Positions 1-13,332 of a DNA stretch of 64,000 nt are shown piece by piece. A program made the translations under genes and the position numbers. The DNA lies in NCBI GenBank assembly GCA_030390025.1, contig JASTWF010000033.1, positions 3,536,001 to 3,600,000 on the forward strand, in the 5' to 3' direction. How positions within the stretch are numbered: the first letter of the stretch is position 1; every line of letters starts with the position of its first letter. The stretch comes from Squalus acanthias (taxonomy: Eukaryota). The notes under the pieces were generated by a model, which was not told the DNA's origin, searched no databases, and was given only the letters and a program-made list of their open reading frames with translations.

Positions 1-2920
1 AAGAATGTCCTTCCTCAAGTTAGGAGACCAAAACTGCACACAACACTCCAGGTGTGGCCCCACCAAGGCGCTGTACAACTGTAGCATCACCTCCCTACTC
101 CTGTACTCAAATCCCCTTGCTTTGAAGGCCATCATGCCATTTGCTTTCTTGACTGCCTGCTGCACTTGCCTTCCCACCCTCAGTGACTGATGTACCATGA
201 CGCCCAGGTTTCGTTGCACCTCCCCTTTCCCTAATCTGCCACCATTCAGGTAATAGTCTGCCTCCCTATTTTTAAAACCAAAGTGGATAACCTCACATTT
301 ATCCACATTGTACTTCATCTGCCATACATTTGCCCATTCACCCAACCTGTCCAAGTCACTCTGTTGCCTCCTAGCATCCTCCTCATTGTTCACACTGACT
401 CCCAATTTAGTGTCATCTGCAAACTTGGAGATATTACAATTAATCCCTTCGTCCAAATCATTAATATATAATGTAAACAGCTGGGGCCCCAGCACCGAAC
501 CCTGCGGTACCCCGCTGGTCACTGCCTGCCATTCTGAAAAGTACCCATTTACTCCTACTCTTTGTTTCCTGTGTGCCAACCAGTTCTCAATCCACGTCAA
601 CACATTACCCCCAATCCCATGTGCTTTAACTTTGCACACCAATCTCGTGTGTGGAACCTTGTCGAAGGCCTTCTGAAAGTCCAAATACACTACATCTACT
701 GGTTCCCCCCCGTCCACCCTATTGGAAACATCCTCAAAAAATTCCAGAAGATTTCTCAAGCATGATTTCCCTTTCACAAATCCATGCTGACTTGGACCTA
801 TCATGTCGCCACTTTCCAAATGGTCTGTTATGACATCTTTAATAATTGATTCCATCATTTTACCCACCACCGATGTCAGGCTGACCGGTCTATAATTCCC
901 TGCTTTCTACCTCCCTCCTTTTTTATAAAGAGGGGTTACATTAGCCACCCTCCACTCCTTCGGAACTGATCCAGAGTCTAAGGAATGTTGGAAAATGATC
1001 GTCAATGCATCCACTATTTCCAAGGCCACCTCCTTAAGTACTCTGGGATGCAGACCATCAGGCCCTGGGGATTTATCAGCCTTCCGTCCCATCAATTTCC
1101 CCAACACCTTTTCCCGACTGATAAGGATTTCCCTCAGCTCCTCCCTCTTACCAGATCATTTGATCTCTTTTATTTCCAGAAGGTTGTTTGTGTCCTCCAC
1201 AGTAAACACCAAACCAAAGTAATTGTTCAATTGATCTGCCATTTCTTTGTTCCCCATTATGACTTCCCCTGTTTCTGACTGCAGGGGACCTACGTTTGTT
1301 TTTACTAACCTCTTTCTTTTTACATATTTATAGAAGCTTTTGCAGTCCGTTTTAATGTTCTCCACAAGCTTCCTTTCATATTTTATTTTCCCTGCCCTAA
1401 TCAAACCCTTCGTCCTCCTCTGCTGAGTTTTAAAGTTCTCCCAGTCCCCGGGTTTGCTGCTACTTCTGGCCAATTTGTATGCCACTTCCTTGCTTTTAAT
1501 ACTATCCCTGATTTCCCTTGTTAGCCATGGTTGAGCCACCTTCCCTTTTTTATTTTTACGTCAGACAGGGATGTACAATTGCTGTAGTTCATCCATGCGA
1601 TCTCTAAATGTCTGCTAATGCCCTTCCACTGATAACCCCTTAAATATCGCTTGCCAATCTAACCTCGCCAATTCACGCCTCATACCCTCAAGGTTGCCCT
1701 TATTTAAGTTCTGGACCATGGTCTCTGAATTAACTGTTTCCTTCTCCATCCTAACGTAGAACTCCACCATACTATGGTCTCTCTTCCCCAAGGGGCCTCG
1801 CACCACAAGATTGCTGATTAGTCCTTCCTCATTACACAACACCCAGTCCAGTATGGCCTCCCCTCTAGTTGGTTCCTCAACATATTGGTTTAGGAGACCA
1901 TCCCTTAAACACTCCAGGAATTCATCCTCCACCGTATTGCTTCCAGTTTGATTAGCCCAATCTATATGCATATTAAAGTCACCCATGATAACTGCTGCGC
2001 CTGTTTTGCATGCACCTCTGATTTCCTGTTTCATACCCTCCCCCACCTCACTACTACTGTTTGGAGGTCTGTACACAACCCCCACTAACGTTTTCTGCCC
2101 TTTGGTGTTCGCCAGCTCAACCCATATTGATTCCACATCCTCCAAGCTAATGTCCTTCCTAGCTATTGCACTAATCTCCTTTTTAACCAGCAATGATACC
2201 CCACCCCCTTTTCCTTTTATTCTATCCTTCCTGAAAGTTGAATACCCCTGGATATTCAGTTCCCAGCCTTGATTGTTCTGGAGCCACGTCTCTGTAATCC
2301 CAATCACATCATATGCGTTAACATCAATTTGCACAGTCAATTCATCCACCTTATTACGGATACTCCTTGCATTAAGACACAGAGCCTTTAGGCTTGATTA
2401 ATTAACACCCTTTGTCCTTTTCGACTTAAGATTTAGTATGTCCCTTTGTGTTTCTTGCCTTTGTTTACTCGGATTTCCCTTATTGTTTCTCACCCTTCTA
2501 ACATTTGTTTCTGACTGCATATTACTTCCCCCTGTTTCGCTACATGGGTTCCCATTCCCCTGCCATATTAGTTTAAATCCTCCCGAACTGCCTTAGCAAA
2601 TATTACCCCGAGGACATCGGTTCCAGTCCTGCCCAAGTGCAGACCGTCCCTTTTTTACAGGTCCCATTTCCCCCAGAACTGGTTCCATTGCCTCAGGAAT
2701 TTGAATCCCTCCCTCCTGCACCACTGCTCAAGCCACGTATTTAATCTCGCTATCCTGTTCATGTTACTCTGATTAGCATGTGGCACTGGTAGCAACCCAG
2801 AGATTACTACCTTTGAGGTCCTACTTTTCAATTTAGCTCCTAGCTCCCTAAATTCTGCTTGTAGGACCTCTTCCCGCTTTTTACCTATATCGTTGGTACC
2901 TACATGCACCACGACAGCTG
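1..2920 (-). mobile_element. CR1 LINE, decayed: ORF1 esterase C-terminus plus ORF2 APE-RT, running off the window start
   Basis: Minus ORFs give APE motifs (ITETW, VVYRPPN, IMGDFN, LDWVL), [15 protein letters not shown], and ORF1 VVVHVGTND. RT text is on the minus strand of 1-900. Confidence 0.95.
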
Positions 2921-4810
2921 TCAAGGAGTTTTGGTTAGACTCTCGCTTGTTGAAGATAGTCATTGCCTGGCACTTCTGTGGTGCAAATGTTACCTGCCAC
3001 TTATCTGCCCAATCCTCCACGTCGTTCAGGTCTTGTTGCATGCGGGCATGGACTGCTTCATTATCTGAGGATTTGTGAATGGCACTGCACACTGTGGAAT
3101 CATCAGAAAACATCTCCATTCCTGAACTTATGTTGGAGGGAAGCTCATTGATGAAGCAGCTGAAGATGATTGGGCCTAGGACACTGCCCTGAGGAATTCC
3201 AACCAACAATGCTCTGGAGTTGTGATGATTGACCTTCAACCACCACAACCATCTTCCTTTGTGCTAGGTATGATGACACCTTCCATCACTTTACTGATGA
3301 TTGAGAGTAGACTGATCAGGCGGTAATTGTTCGGATTTGGATTTGTCCTGCTTTTTGTGGACAGGACATACCTGGGCAGTTTTCCACATTGTCGTATAGA
3401 TGCCAGTGTTTTAGCTGTTTGGAACAGCATGGCTAGAGGCGCGGCTAGTTCTGGAGTACAAGCCTTCAGCACGATAGCCGGAATGTTGTCGGGGCCCACA
3501 GCCTTTGCTGTATCCAGTGTGCTGAGCCGTTTCTTGATATCTCGTGGAGTGAATCGAATTGTCTGAAGACTGGCTTCTGTGATCGTGGGGACCTCAGGAG
3601 GAGGCCGAGATGGATCATCCACTTGACACTTCTGGCTGAAGGTGGTTGCAAACGCTTCAGCCTTGTATTTTGCACTGATGTGCTGGGCTCCACCATCATT
3701 GAGGATGGGAATATTCATGGTGCCTCCTCCTCCCGTTAGTTGTTTAATGGTCCATCACCATTCACGACTGGATGTGGCAGGACTGCAGAGCTTTGATCAG
3801 ATCCGCTGATTGTGGGATCGCTTAGCCCTGTCTATACCATGCTGACTCCGCTTTTTAGCATGCATGTGGTCCTTTGTTGCAGCTTCCCCATATTGGCACC
3901 TCATTTTTAGGTACGCCTGGTGCTGCTCTTGGCATGCTCTTCTACATTCCTTATTGAACCAGGGTGGGTCCCCTGACTTGATTTTAATGATAGAGTGAGG
4001 GATATGCCGGGCCATGAGGTTACAGATTGTGGTTGGAATACAATTCTGCTGCTGCCCCACAGCACCTCATGGATGCCCAGTTTTGAGCTGCTAGATCTGT
4101 TCTGAATCATATCCCATTTAGCACGGTGGTAGTGCCAGACAACACGATGGAGGGTGTCCTCATGTGTGAAGACGGGACTTCGTCTCCACGATGGTCACTG
4201 CTACCAATATTGTCATGGACAGATGCATCTGCGACAGTTAGATTGGTGAGGACGACGTCAAGTAGGTTTTCCCCTCATGCTGGTTCTCTCACCACCTGTC
4301 GCAGGTCCAGACTGGAAGTTATGGCCTTCAGGACTCGGCCAGTAGTGGTGATACCGAGCCACATCTTGGTGATGGACATTGAAGTCCCCCACCCAGAGTA
4401 CATTCTGTGTCCTTGCTACTCTCAGTGCTTCTTCCAAGATATGTTCAACATGGTGGACTACTGATTGATCAGATGAGGGAGGGCGGTAGGTGGTAATCAG
4501 CAGGAGGTTTCGCTTGCGCGGAGTAAATGATGAGGACTCCCAGGGCCAGTCCTTCCCGACTGTATACCACGGTGCCGCCACCCCTGCTGGGGCAGGACAT
4601 ACCCAGTGGATGGTGAAGGCGGAGTTTGGGACATTGGCTGAAAGGTCTGATTCTGTGAGTATGACCATGTCAGGCTGTTGCTTGACTGGTCTGTGGGACA
4701 CCTCTCCCAATTTTGGCACAAGTCCCCAGATGTTGGTGAGGAGGACTTTGAAGGTCGACTGGGCTGGGTGTGCCGTTGCCGTGTACGGAGCCAGTGCCGA
4801 GTAGTTCGTC
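2921..4810 (-). mobile_element. Second non-LTR retrotransposon family (CR1/L2 superclade), decayed APE-RT with internal deletion
   Basis: ORFs give [50 protein letters not shown] and FSDD. Confidence 0.85.
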
Positions 4811-4849
4811 CAGTTTCATTCTTATTATTTTGTTTCATAGCGGTAAGTT

Positions 4850-5153
4850 TCAACTGAGGGCAGTTAAGAATCAACAACATTGCTGTGGGTCTGGATCACA
4901 TATCAGCCAGACCAGGTAAGGACGGCAGATTTCCTTCCTTAAAAGACATTAATGAACCAGATGGGTTTTTACGACAATCCGATAGCTTCATGTTTATCAT
5001 TACTGATACTAGTTTTTTTATTCCAGATTTATTTAATTCACTGAATTTAAATTCCCAGCTGCCATGGTGGGTTTTGAACTCACTTCAACTGGATCATTAG
5101 TCCAGGCCTGCTGGATTACTAGCCCAGTACCATTACCACTATGCTACCGTTCC
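4850..5153 (-). mobile_element. tRNA-derived SINE (Pol III head)
   Basis: The minus strand starts ggaacggTAGCATAGTGGtaa (A-box-like) and later reads gaGTTCAAAACCcac (B-box-like). Confidence 0.7.
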
Positions 5154-5989
5154 CGGTATTAGTAGAGCCGCACTGTGTCACTCAGTGAGGACATTACGGT
5201 CCCTGGAGTGGAACGGAGAGACTCCGCAGGAGGTTGACAGCATTCTGGGGAGCGTCTCTCTTTGGGTTGAATTATAATGAGGCGGCCAAAGCTGCAGCTC
5301 GTGTTCTAACTGTGGCCGAACCAAAGCCTTGCCCAAATGCAATATTACTTGTTGCTGCTGCGCTCAATGTCCCTCTCTGTTAAACTCGAATCCCTGCTGC
5401 TTTTATTATGGATTTACTCTCTGTACCCGTACTGTCAGGGAATTAAGTCTTTAAATCCCGAGATCTGGCTGTTCATCTTCGCCTTTCATTCCGTTCAGAC
5501 CTTGTTCCCACCCCTTGTTATTCACACCGGAATGTGAGGGTAGATCACCTGTGAACAACGAGTTACTGATTCAAACTGGTGACATGTTCTCAATGAGTTG
5601 GAACAATATGTGTCCAGGAACTAAGAAGGCACTCACCAAATATGCTTTAGAACGACCTGCAAACGTTCAGCAGAACACCGACATTACACCATTAGGAAGA
5701 CTGATTGAGACCAGAATATCAATATTGTTGCTTCTCGTTGTTTAGTCACAAGAACAACCTTCATTTTTCAACAATACATTTTCATTTTCAGTAACTATCA
5801 TTAAACAGAGATGCCTAACATCACTTTGACAACTCAAGTTCCTCCTGCCTTCATCATTAGAGCACTTATCAGCAGACAGGTCAGGGTTCAATTGGGGCAG
5901 TAGACAATGGGATCTGATGGGGAGACCGAGCCTGCAATATTCTTCACAACCTTCCACAACAGTTACAAATACCTACCATTAAAAGACTC

Positions 5990-6238
5990 CTGACTGTTGC
6001 AAATGTGAGGTCATTCACATTGGACATAAAAAGGATAAAAGAGGATAGTACTTTCTAAATGGTGGAAAGCTAGAAACAGTGGAGGGCCAAAGAGACTTGG
6101 GGATCTGGTCCATTCACATAGATCAGTAAAACAGAAATAATGTAAAAGCCTAATGGAATGTTGGCCTTTATATCTAGAAGACTATCATAGAAGGGGGTAG
6201 AGGTAAGGCCACAACTGTAAAAAGCCCTGGTCAACCCA
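5990..6238 (+). mobile_element. Old CR1 ORF2 fragment
   Basis: Degenerate KCEVIH, QRDLG and ANGMLAFISR coding text. Confidence 0.7.
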
Positions 6239-7760
6239 TAGAAGCATAGAAGATAGGAGCAGGAGTAGACCATTCGGCCCCTCGAGCCTGCTCCGCCATT
6301 TAATGAGATCATGGCTTTTCATCCAAATTCAGTACCCTGTCCCTGCTTTCTCCCCATATCCAGTGATCCCTTTAGCCTTAAGAAATATATTTATCTCCTT
6401 CTTGAATATATTTAATGAATTGGCCTCAACTGCCTTCTGTGGTAGAGAATTCCAAAGATTCACCACTCTCTGGGTGAAGAAATTCCTCCTCATCTCAGTT
6501 CTAAATGGCTTACCCCTTATCCTTAGACTGTGACAACTGGATCTGGACTCCCCCGCCATCGGGAACATCCTTCCTGCATCTAGTCTGTCTAGTCCTGTTA
6601 GAATTTTATAAGTTTCAATATGAGATCCCCTCTCATTCTTCTAAACTCGAGCGAATATAAGCCTAATCGAGCCAATCTCTCTTCATACGTCATTCCTGCC
6701 ATCCCAGGTATCAGTCTGGTAATTCTTCGCTGCACTCCCTCCATGACAAGAACATCCTTCCTCAGATAAGGCGAACAAAACTGCACACAATACTCAAGGT
6801 GTGGTCTCACCAAGGCATGAAGTCATCCTTGCTCCTGTACTCGAATCCTCTCGCTATGAAGGCCAACATACCATTTGCTTCTTAACCGCCTGCTGCACCT
6901 GCATGCTTACCTTCAGCGACTGATGCACAGGGACTCCCAGATCTCGTTGCACTTCCCCTTTTCCCAATCTATTGCCGTTCAGATAATAATCTGTCTTCCT
7001 GTTTTTGTCACCAAAGTGGATAACCTTGCATTTATCCACATTATACTGCATCTGCCATGCATCTGCCCAATCACCCAACCTGTCCAAATCATACTGGAGT
7101 TTCTCTGCATCCTCCTAACAGCACACACGCCCACCCAGCTTTGTGTCATCTGCAAACTTAGAGATATTACATCTAGTTCCCTCGTCTAGATCATTAATAT
7201 ATATTGTGAATAGCTGGTGTCCTAGCACTGATCCCTGCGGTACCCCACCAGTCACTGTCTGCCACTCGGAAGAAGACCCGTTTATTCCAACTCTTTGCTT
7301 CCTGTCTGCCAACCAGTACTCTATCCAAATCAGTACCTTACCCCCCTATCCCATGTGCTTTAACTTTGGACGCTAATCTCTTATGCGGGACCATATCGAA
7401 AGCCTTCCGAAAGTCCAAATACACCACATCTAATGGTTCTCCCTTATCTATTCTACCAGTCACATCCTCAAAAAATTCCAGAAGTTTAATCAGGCATGAT
7501 TTCCCTTTTGTAAATCCATGTTGACTTTGACCGATTCTGTCACTGTTTTCGAAGTGCTCTGCTATTACATCTTATATATTGGACTCTACCAGTTTTCCCA
7601 CAATGTCAGGCTTATCCATCTATAATTCCCCATTTTTTCTCTACCACCTTTTTTAAATAACTGGGTTACATTAGCTAAACTCCAATCCATGGGAACTATT
7701 CCAGAGTCTATCAAATTTTGAAAGGTGACAAGCAATGCATCTTCTATGATTGATGCTCCA
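6239..7760 (-). mobile_element. CR1 LINE 3' half (RT to 3' tail), frameshifted
   Basis: ORFs [29 protein letters not shown] and FFTQRVVNLWNSLP; 3' UTR tail at about 6240-6310. Confidence 0.95.
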
Positions 7761-8515
7761 GGATATGGGCACGGAGGGAGGGTGAAAAGATGCAAATAAA
7801 ATCAAGAATAATATTAATAATAACATATGTTCTTTACTTCTGGAAATGAAATGTCTGCATTCTGTGATTTGAGTGGAGCGGAATAAAATGAATGGAAAGA
7901 TCCCACAGCAGCTTTTGCTCAGAAAACACTCGACAAACATTCCCCAAAAGAGTCCAGTCCAGAAAAACAGCAATAAAATTATTCTGAAAATAATAATAAA
8001 ATAAATATAACAAATATATACTTTGTTTTTACAAAAGTCTTGCCTTGTCTTAGTTTTGTTGTGAATTAATGGGAGAGTAAGGTCTCACAACAGGATATGC
8101 TCTGACATATCCCACAAATATTCCCCGATAAAGTCCAGTCCAGAAAAAAATCAAATGGCTTGTTGTATATATGTAGCTTTGATTTTTACAAGTCTTGAAA
8201 AAAAGGCAAAGTAAGATCCCACAGCAGTGCAGTCTGGAATGAAATCAGTATGATCTAATGGTGTATACTTTGTTTTTTCAGACAAGAGATGCAGTACCAA
8301 TGCACACGGCAGATAAATTGAGCAAAGACAAGCCCTGCATACACACCAGCTTTTGCTCTCTGTCTCTCTCTCTCACAGACTGTCTGTCTGTCTCTCACTC
8401 AGTCTTAATCCCACCCACACGGAACTAAAATTTACAGTAACATGACACACACACTCACACAGACTCTGCAATTTGCAGAAACTCACACACACACACATTT
8501 ATTTTGAAAGATTTG

Positions 8516-9077
8516 TGTTGGTGAAAAATTAATTCACTCGAGTCTGTCTCAAAGCAAAAGATCACAGTTTATTATTCAAAGTGCTTTGGCAGAAGGGTCA
8601 TAGCCTGCGGTCTAATGACCAGCTTCTTAATTTAATAGTGGTCAGCCACGCTTCTTTATACACTTCCAGAAGCCAGAAAATACAAAAATCAGCACAGTTA
8701 TTACATCATGAGCGACCCTAAGGGTCTCTAAAAACAACTTGATTAGAATCTTACACTGTTAGCGAAACTCATCCTTTACTTCTGCTTTTGTTTAATAGTG
8801 GTCAGCCACCTGCACTGCAAGGTTTCATTCTTACGCCTTTTCGCGGTTAGTTTATTATAGAAAACAATGATTCACATTTTTGTTCTGCAGTGTCTGCATT
8901 GTCTATACCGCAGACTAAGCAAGCTGGTCTTTTATCTAATTATACCCCTGTCTCCATTGGCTTGTAGCCTTCGGGAGATACTTTGACCTTTACTATAGTC
9001 CTTTAAGCAGTTCAACTAATCTTAAAAATTAAACTGATTTGCCCTTACATTATTACAATTAATTTTTTACTCTTACA
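8516..9077 (-). mobile_element. Solo LTR, about 560 bp
   Basis: TG...CA termini; imperfect 5-bp TSD atttg/attta; absent from the sister repeat copy at about 10925; minus-strand TATAAA (about 8655) and AATAAA (about 8570). Confidence 0.75.
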
Positions 9078-9972
9078 ATTTACAGCCTGGGAGTGTCCAT
9101 TTTTGATGATGTCCCTTCCTGGTTGTGCGGCCATGTTTGATGAGGACAATCAAACAGGAAGAAGTGAAGCCGAGGCCCCAGAAATCCGGGTCCCCGAGAG
9201 GAAATGAAAGCCCGGGAGGGTGAAAAAAAGTAAATACAATCAGGAATAAATAAAAATATATATACTTTACTTCTGTTAATTAAATCTCTGCCTGTCTGTG
9301 GTTTGCCAGGAGTGTAGTAAAATGAATGGAAAGATCCTAAGCAGCTTTTGCTCTGAAAACATCCCAAGCACATTCCCCAATAAAGCCCAGTCCAGAAAAA
9401 AATCAAATGGTCTATACTGAAAATAATTAAAAAAATATAATATAGATATATATTTTTTAAAAGGTCTCCTCTTGTTTGTGTTGGGCTGAAGGTGAGAGTA
9501 AGATTCCACAACAGGAAATCCCATGAAACAATCCACAAACATTCCCCTATAAAGTCCACCAGAAAAATATCAAATGGCTTGATGTATATATGTAGATTTG
9601 CTTTTTACAAAATTCTTGAAAGAAAGGCAAAGTAAGATCCCACAGCAGTGCAGTCTGGAATGAAATCAGTATGATCTAATGGTACATACTTTTTGTTTTT
9701 TTCAGACATGAGATGCAGTACCAATGCACACGGCAGATAACTTGAACACAGACAAGCCCTGCCTACACACCAGCTTTTGCTGCTTGTCTCTCTCTGTCTC
9801 TCTCCCACACACAGGCCAGCCTTAAAATTGTCACAAATCACTGTCAGCAATGAAAGAAAGTTGATTTCTATCATTACTCTGCTCTGCTTGGCAGTTTAAA
9901 AGCAAACAGACAGTTTTCAGTATTTAATCTTTTCAGTTTGCGGCCTACAGAAACAGGCTTTCTATTCTGCAT

Positions 9973-10218
9973 CAAAAGGAAGTGCTGTGGATGTGGGAAA
10001 TCTGAAATAAAATCAGAAAGTATTGGAAATACTCAGCAGGTAAGGCAGCATCTGTGGAGAGAGAGAGAAACAGAGTTAATATTTCAGCTCGATTACCTTT
10101 TTTCAGTTTCTGGCAAGGTTCTGACGAAAGGTCATCGAGCTGAACTTTTACTCTGTTTCTCTGTAACTCCACTGATGCTGCCTATCCTACTGAGTATTTC
10201 CAGCATTTTCTGTTTTTA
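9973..10218. mobile_element. Palindromic Penelope pLTR-derived insertion
   Basis: Two inverted pLTR halves, flanked by the direct repeat tttctattctgcat at 9959-9972 and 10219-10232. Confidence 0.75.
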
Positions 10219-11633
10219 TTTCTATTCTGCATGTTGTCTTGATTTCATTGGTCTCTCTCACTGTCAGCCTGCCTGTCTGCCTTTGTTGATTTGAGTGGAA
10301 TGGAATAAAAAGAATGCAAAGATCACAGACAGCTTTTATTGTCAGACAGTCCACAAAGACATTTTCAGTATCTCACTGACTAACTGTCGGTCTTGAAGTG
10401 AAGTGAAATGAAATAAAGTGCAATAAAGTGATACACAACAGCATTACATGTGGAGCAGGCCAGAATGAATTCAATAGGGTTTAATACAACAACAGCAGGT
10501 AATAAGTCAGCAGACCATATTCACACAAATACCAGCTCTTGCCCTCTCTCTCTCTCTCACACACACTCACAGCCTGGCCAGCCTGCAGAGGGATGACTGC
10601 CATGTTGGAAGATTAAAACCAAAAAGACACTTTTCAGTATCTTATCTTTTCAGTTTGTGGCCTACAGAAACAGGCTTTCTATTCTGCAACTTGCCTTTTG
10701 CTTTCATGTCTCTCTCACTCTCACTGACTCTCTATCTGTCTCTCACTCACACAGACACCCTCCCACCCACATTGAACTAAAATTTACAGTAACATGACAC
10801 ACACACTCACACAGACCCTGCAATTTGCAGAAACATAGACACCCACTCACTTACAGACACACTCACACAGTCTCTGCAATTTGCAGAAACTCACCCTCAC
10901 ACTCACACATCCATTTTTAAAGATGTGGAGCCTGGGAGTGTCAATTTTTGATGATGTCCCTTCCTGGTTGTCCGACAATGTTTGATGAGGACAATCAAAC
11001 AGGAAGAAGTGAAGCCGAGGCCCAAGAAATCCGGATCCCCGAGAGGAAATGAAAGCCCGGGAGGGTGAAAAGAGGTAAATACAATCAGGAATAAATAATA
11101 ACATGTATACTTCACTTCTGTTAATTAAATGTCTGCCTGTCTGTGGTTTGCCTGGAGTGTAATAAAATGAATGGAAAGATCGCACAGCAAGTTTTGCTCT
11201 GAAAACATCCCTATCACATTCCCCAATAAAGCCCAGACCAGAAAAAAATCAAATGGATTATTCTGAAAATAATTTTAAAAATATAATATATAGTTATTTT
11301 TAACAAATGTCTTGTCTTGTTTGGGTTGGGCTGAAGTGGAGAGTAAGATCCCACAGCAGGATGTGCCATGAAACACTCCATGGACATTCCCCAATAAAGT
11401 CCAGTCCAGAAAAATATCAAATGGCTTGATGGATATATACAGATTTGCTTTTTACAAAATTCTTGAATGAAAGGCAAAGTAAGATCCCACCATAGCATAG
11501 TCTGGAATTAAATCAATATAATCTAATGGTATATACTTTCTGTTTTTTTCAGACATGCGATGCAATACCAATGCACACAGCAGATAACTTGAACAAAGAC
11601 AAGCCCTGCATACACACCAGCTTTTGCTCTCTG

Positions 11634-11664
<31 letters not shown>

Positions 11665-11899
11665 GCCAGCCTGCAAAATTGCCACAAATCACTGTCAGCA
11701 ATGAAAGAAAGTTGATTTCTTCCATAGCTCTGCTCTGTTTGGGAGTTTAAAAGCAAACAGACAGTTTTCAGTATTTTATTCTGCATGTTGTCTTGATTTC
11801 TCTCACTGCCTGCCAGCCTGCCTTGTCACACACAAACTCACAGCCTGGCTAGCCTGCAGATGGATGACTGCCGAGTTGGAAGATAAAAACCAAAATGAC

Positions 11900-12840
11900 A
11901 TACAGACACACTCAGACAAACTCTGCAATTTGCAGAAACTCACATAAAGACACACTCACACAGACTCTGCAATTTGCAGAAACTCACATGTAGACACACT
12001 CAGAGACTCTGCAATTTGCAAAAACTCACATGCAGACACTCTCACACAGACTCTGCAATTTGCAGATTCTCACATGCAGACACTCTCACACAGACTCTGC
12101 AATTTGCAGAAACTCACATACAGACACTCTCACACAGATTCTGCAATTTGCAGAAAATCACACACAGACACATTCACACAGACTCTGCAATTTGCAGAAA
12201 CTGACATACAGACACTCTCACACAGAATCTGCAATTTGCAGAAACTCACATACAGAAACTCTCACACAGACAGATTCTGCAATTTGCAGAAACTCACAAA
12301 CAGACACACTCACACAGACTCTGCAATTTGCAGAAACTCACATACAGACACTCTCAACCAGACAGATTCTGCAATTTGCAGAAACTCACATACAGACACT
12401 CTCACACAGAATCTGCAATTTGCAGAAACTCACATACAGACACTCTCACACAGACAGGTTCTGCAATTTGCAGAAACTCACATACAGACACTCTCACACA
12501 GACTCTGCAATTTGCAGAAACTCACATACAGACACTCTCACACAGACAGATTCTGCAATTTGCAGAAACTCACATACAGACACTCTCACACAGACTGCAA
12601 TTTGCAGAAACTCACATACAGACACTCTCACACAGACTGCAATTTGCAGAAACTCACATGCAGACACTCTCACACAGACTCTGCAATTTGCAGAAACTCA
12701 CATGCAGACACTCTCACACAGACTCTGCAATTTGCAGAAACTCACATACAGATACTCTCACACAGACTCTGCAATTTGCAGAAACTCACATACAGACACT
12801 CTTACACAGACTCTGCAATTTGCAGAAACTGACACTCACA
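11900..12840. repeat. Minisatellite, about 44-bp unit (gactctgcaatttgcagaaactcacatacagacactctcacaca), about 20 copies
   Basis: Directly visible tandem array; it produces the repetitive ORFs at 12030-12878. Confidence 0.95.
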
Positions 12841-12841
12841 C

Positions 12842-12992
12842 CTACATTTTGAAAGGGGTGCATCCTGGTAGCGGCTGAGTCACGTGACCCTGTGGCTGAG
12901 CCTTTGACCTCACAATGGGCGATGAAGCGATCAGCTCCTGCAGTAACTCCAGCTGTTTTGTTCCGTCTGAACTGAACCGATTCCCCCCCAGC
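12842..12992 (-). pseudogene. NLR-family terminal LRR exon, splice acceptor mutated
   Basis: Reads (W)LGGNRFSSDGTKQLELLQELIASS...PFKM* in the same phase as the upstream exons, but the acceptor is tgtttcAT rather than AG. Confidence 0.7.
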
Positions 12993-13164
12993 ATGAAACA
13001 GATTAAAGATTAAACAGGGAATAAACAGATCGAACAACAGTGTAAATAACCGCGAGACTGGGGTTAATATTTCAATAAAAATTACAGACAAATATTACCC
13101 ATTAAAGTGACTGAATCCCATTGATATTTTATTTATTACATTAAACATTAACACAAACACTCAC

Positions 13165-13332
13165 CAGATCCGCTCCAGACTCCGGCAGGTCAGTATGAGG
13201 CGGCGGAGAGCGGGGACAGATAGGTCTGTGAAGGAGTTTAATGTCAGGTTCAGATCCTTCAGTGAGCGGTTTGTACTGAGAACGGAGGCGAGATCCTCGG
13301 CACAAGAATCTGTGAGACCGACAGTCTCCAGC
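13165..13332 (-). pseudogene. NLR (NACHT-LRR) ribonuclease-inhibitor-type LRR exon, 168 bp
   Basis: Acceptor ctgatccccAG, donor GTgagt, phase 2-2. Translates LETVGLTDSCAEDLASVLSTNRSLKDLNLTLNSFTDLSVPALRRLILTCRSLERI (two 28-aa LRRs). Confidence 0.9.

Larger units (their letters stand above)
7770..11900. repeat. Diverged tandem triplication of an AT-rich unit with internal sub-repeats
   Basis: Anchor ggagggtgaaaa..aaatac/aaaatcaRgaata recurs at about 7778, 9215 and 11060. ORFs 9080-9559 and 10847-11185 are near-identical translations. Confidence 0.85.

Noticed and set aside
2655..3248. Apparent RT-esterase fusion ORF
   Set aside because: Chance in-frame junction of two different decayed LINEs at about 2920.
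9103..9145. TGATGA boxes suggesting a C/D snoRNA in the triplicated unit
   Set aside because: No properly placed CTGA D box or terminal stem.
12030..12878. Long ORFs of 174-282 aa
   Set aside because: They are translations of the 44-bp minisatellite, open in several frames.
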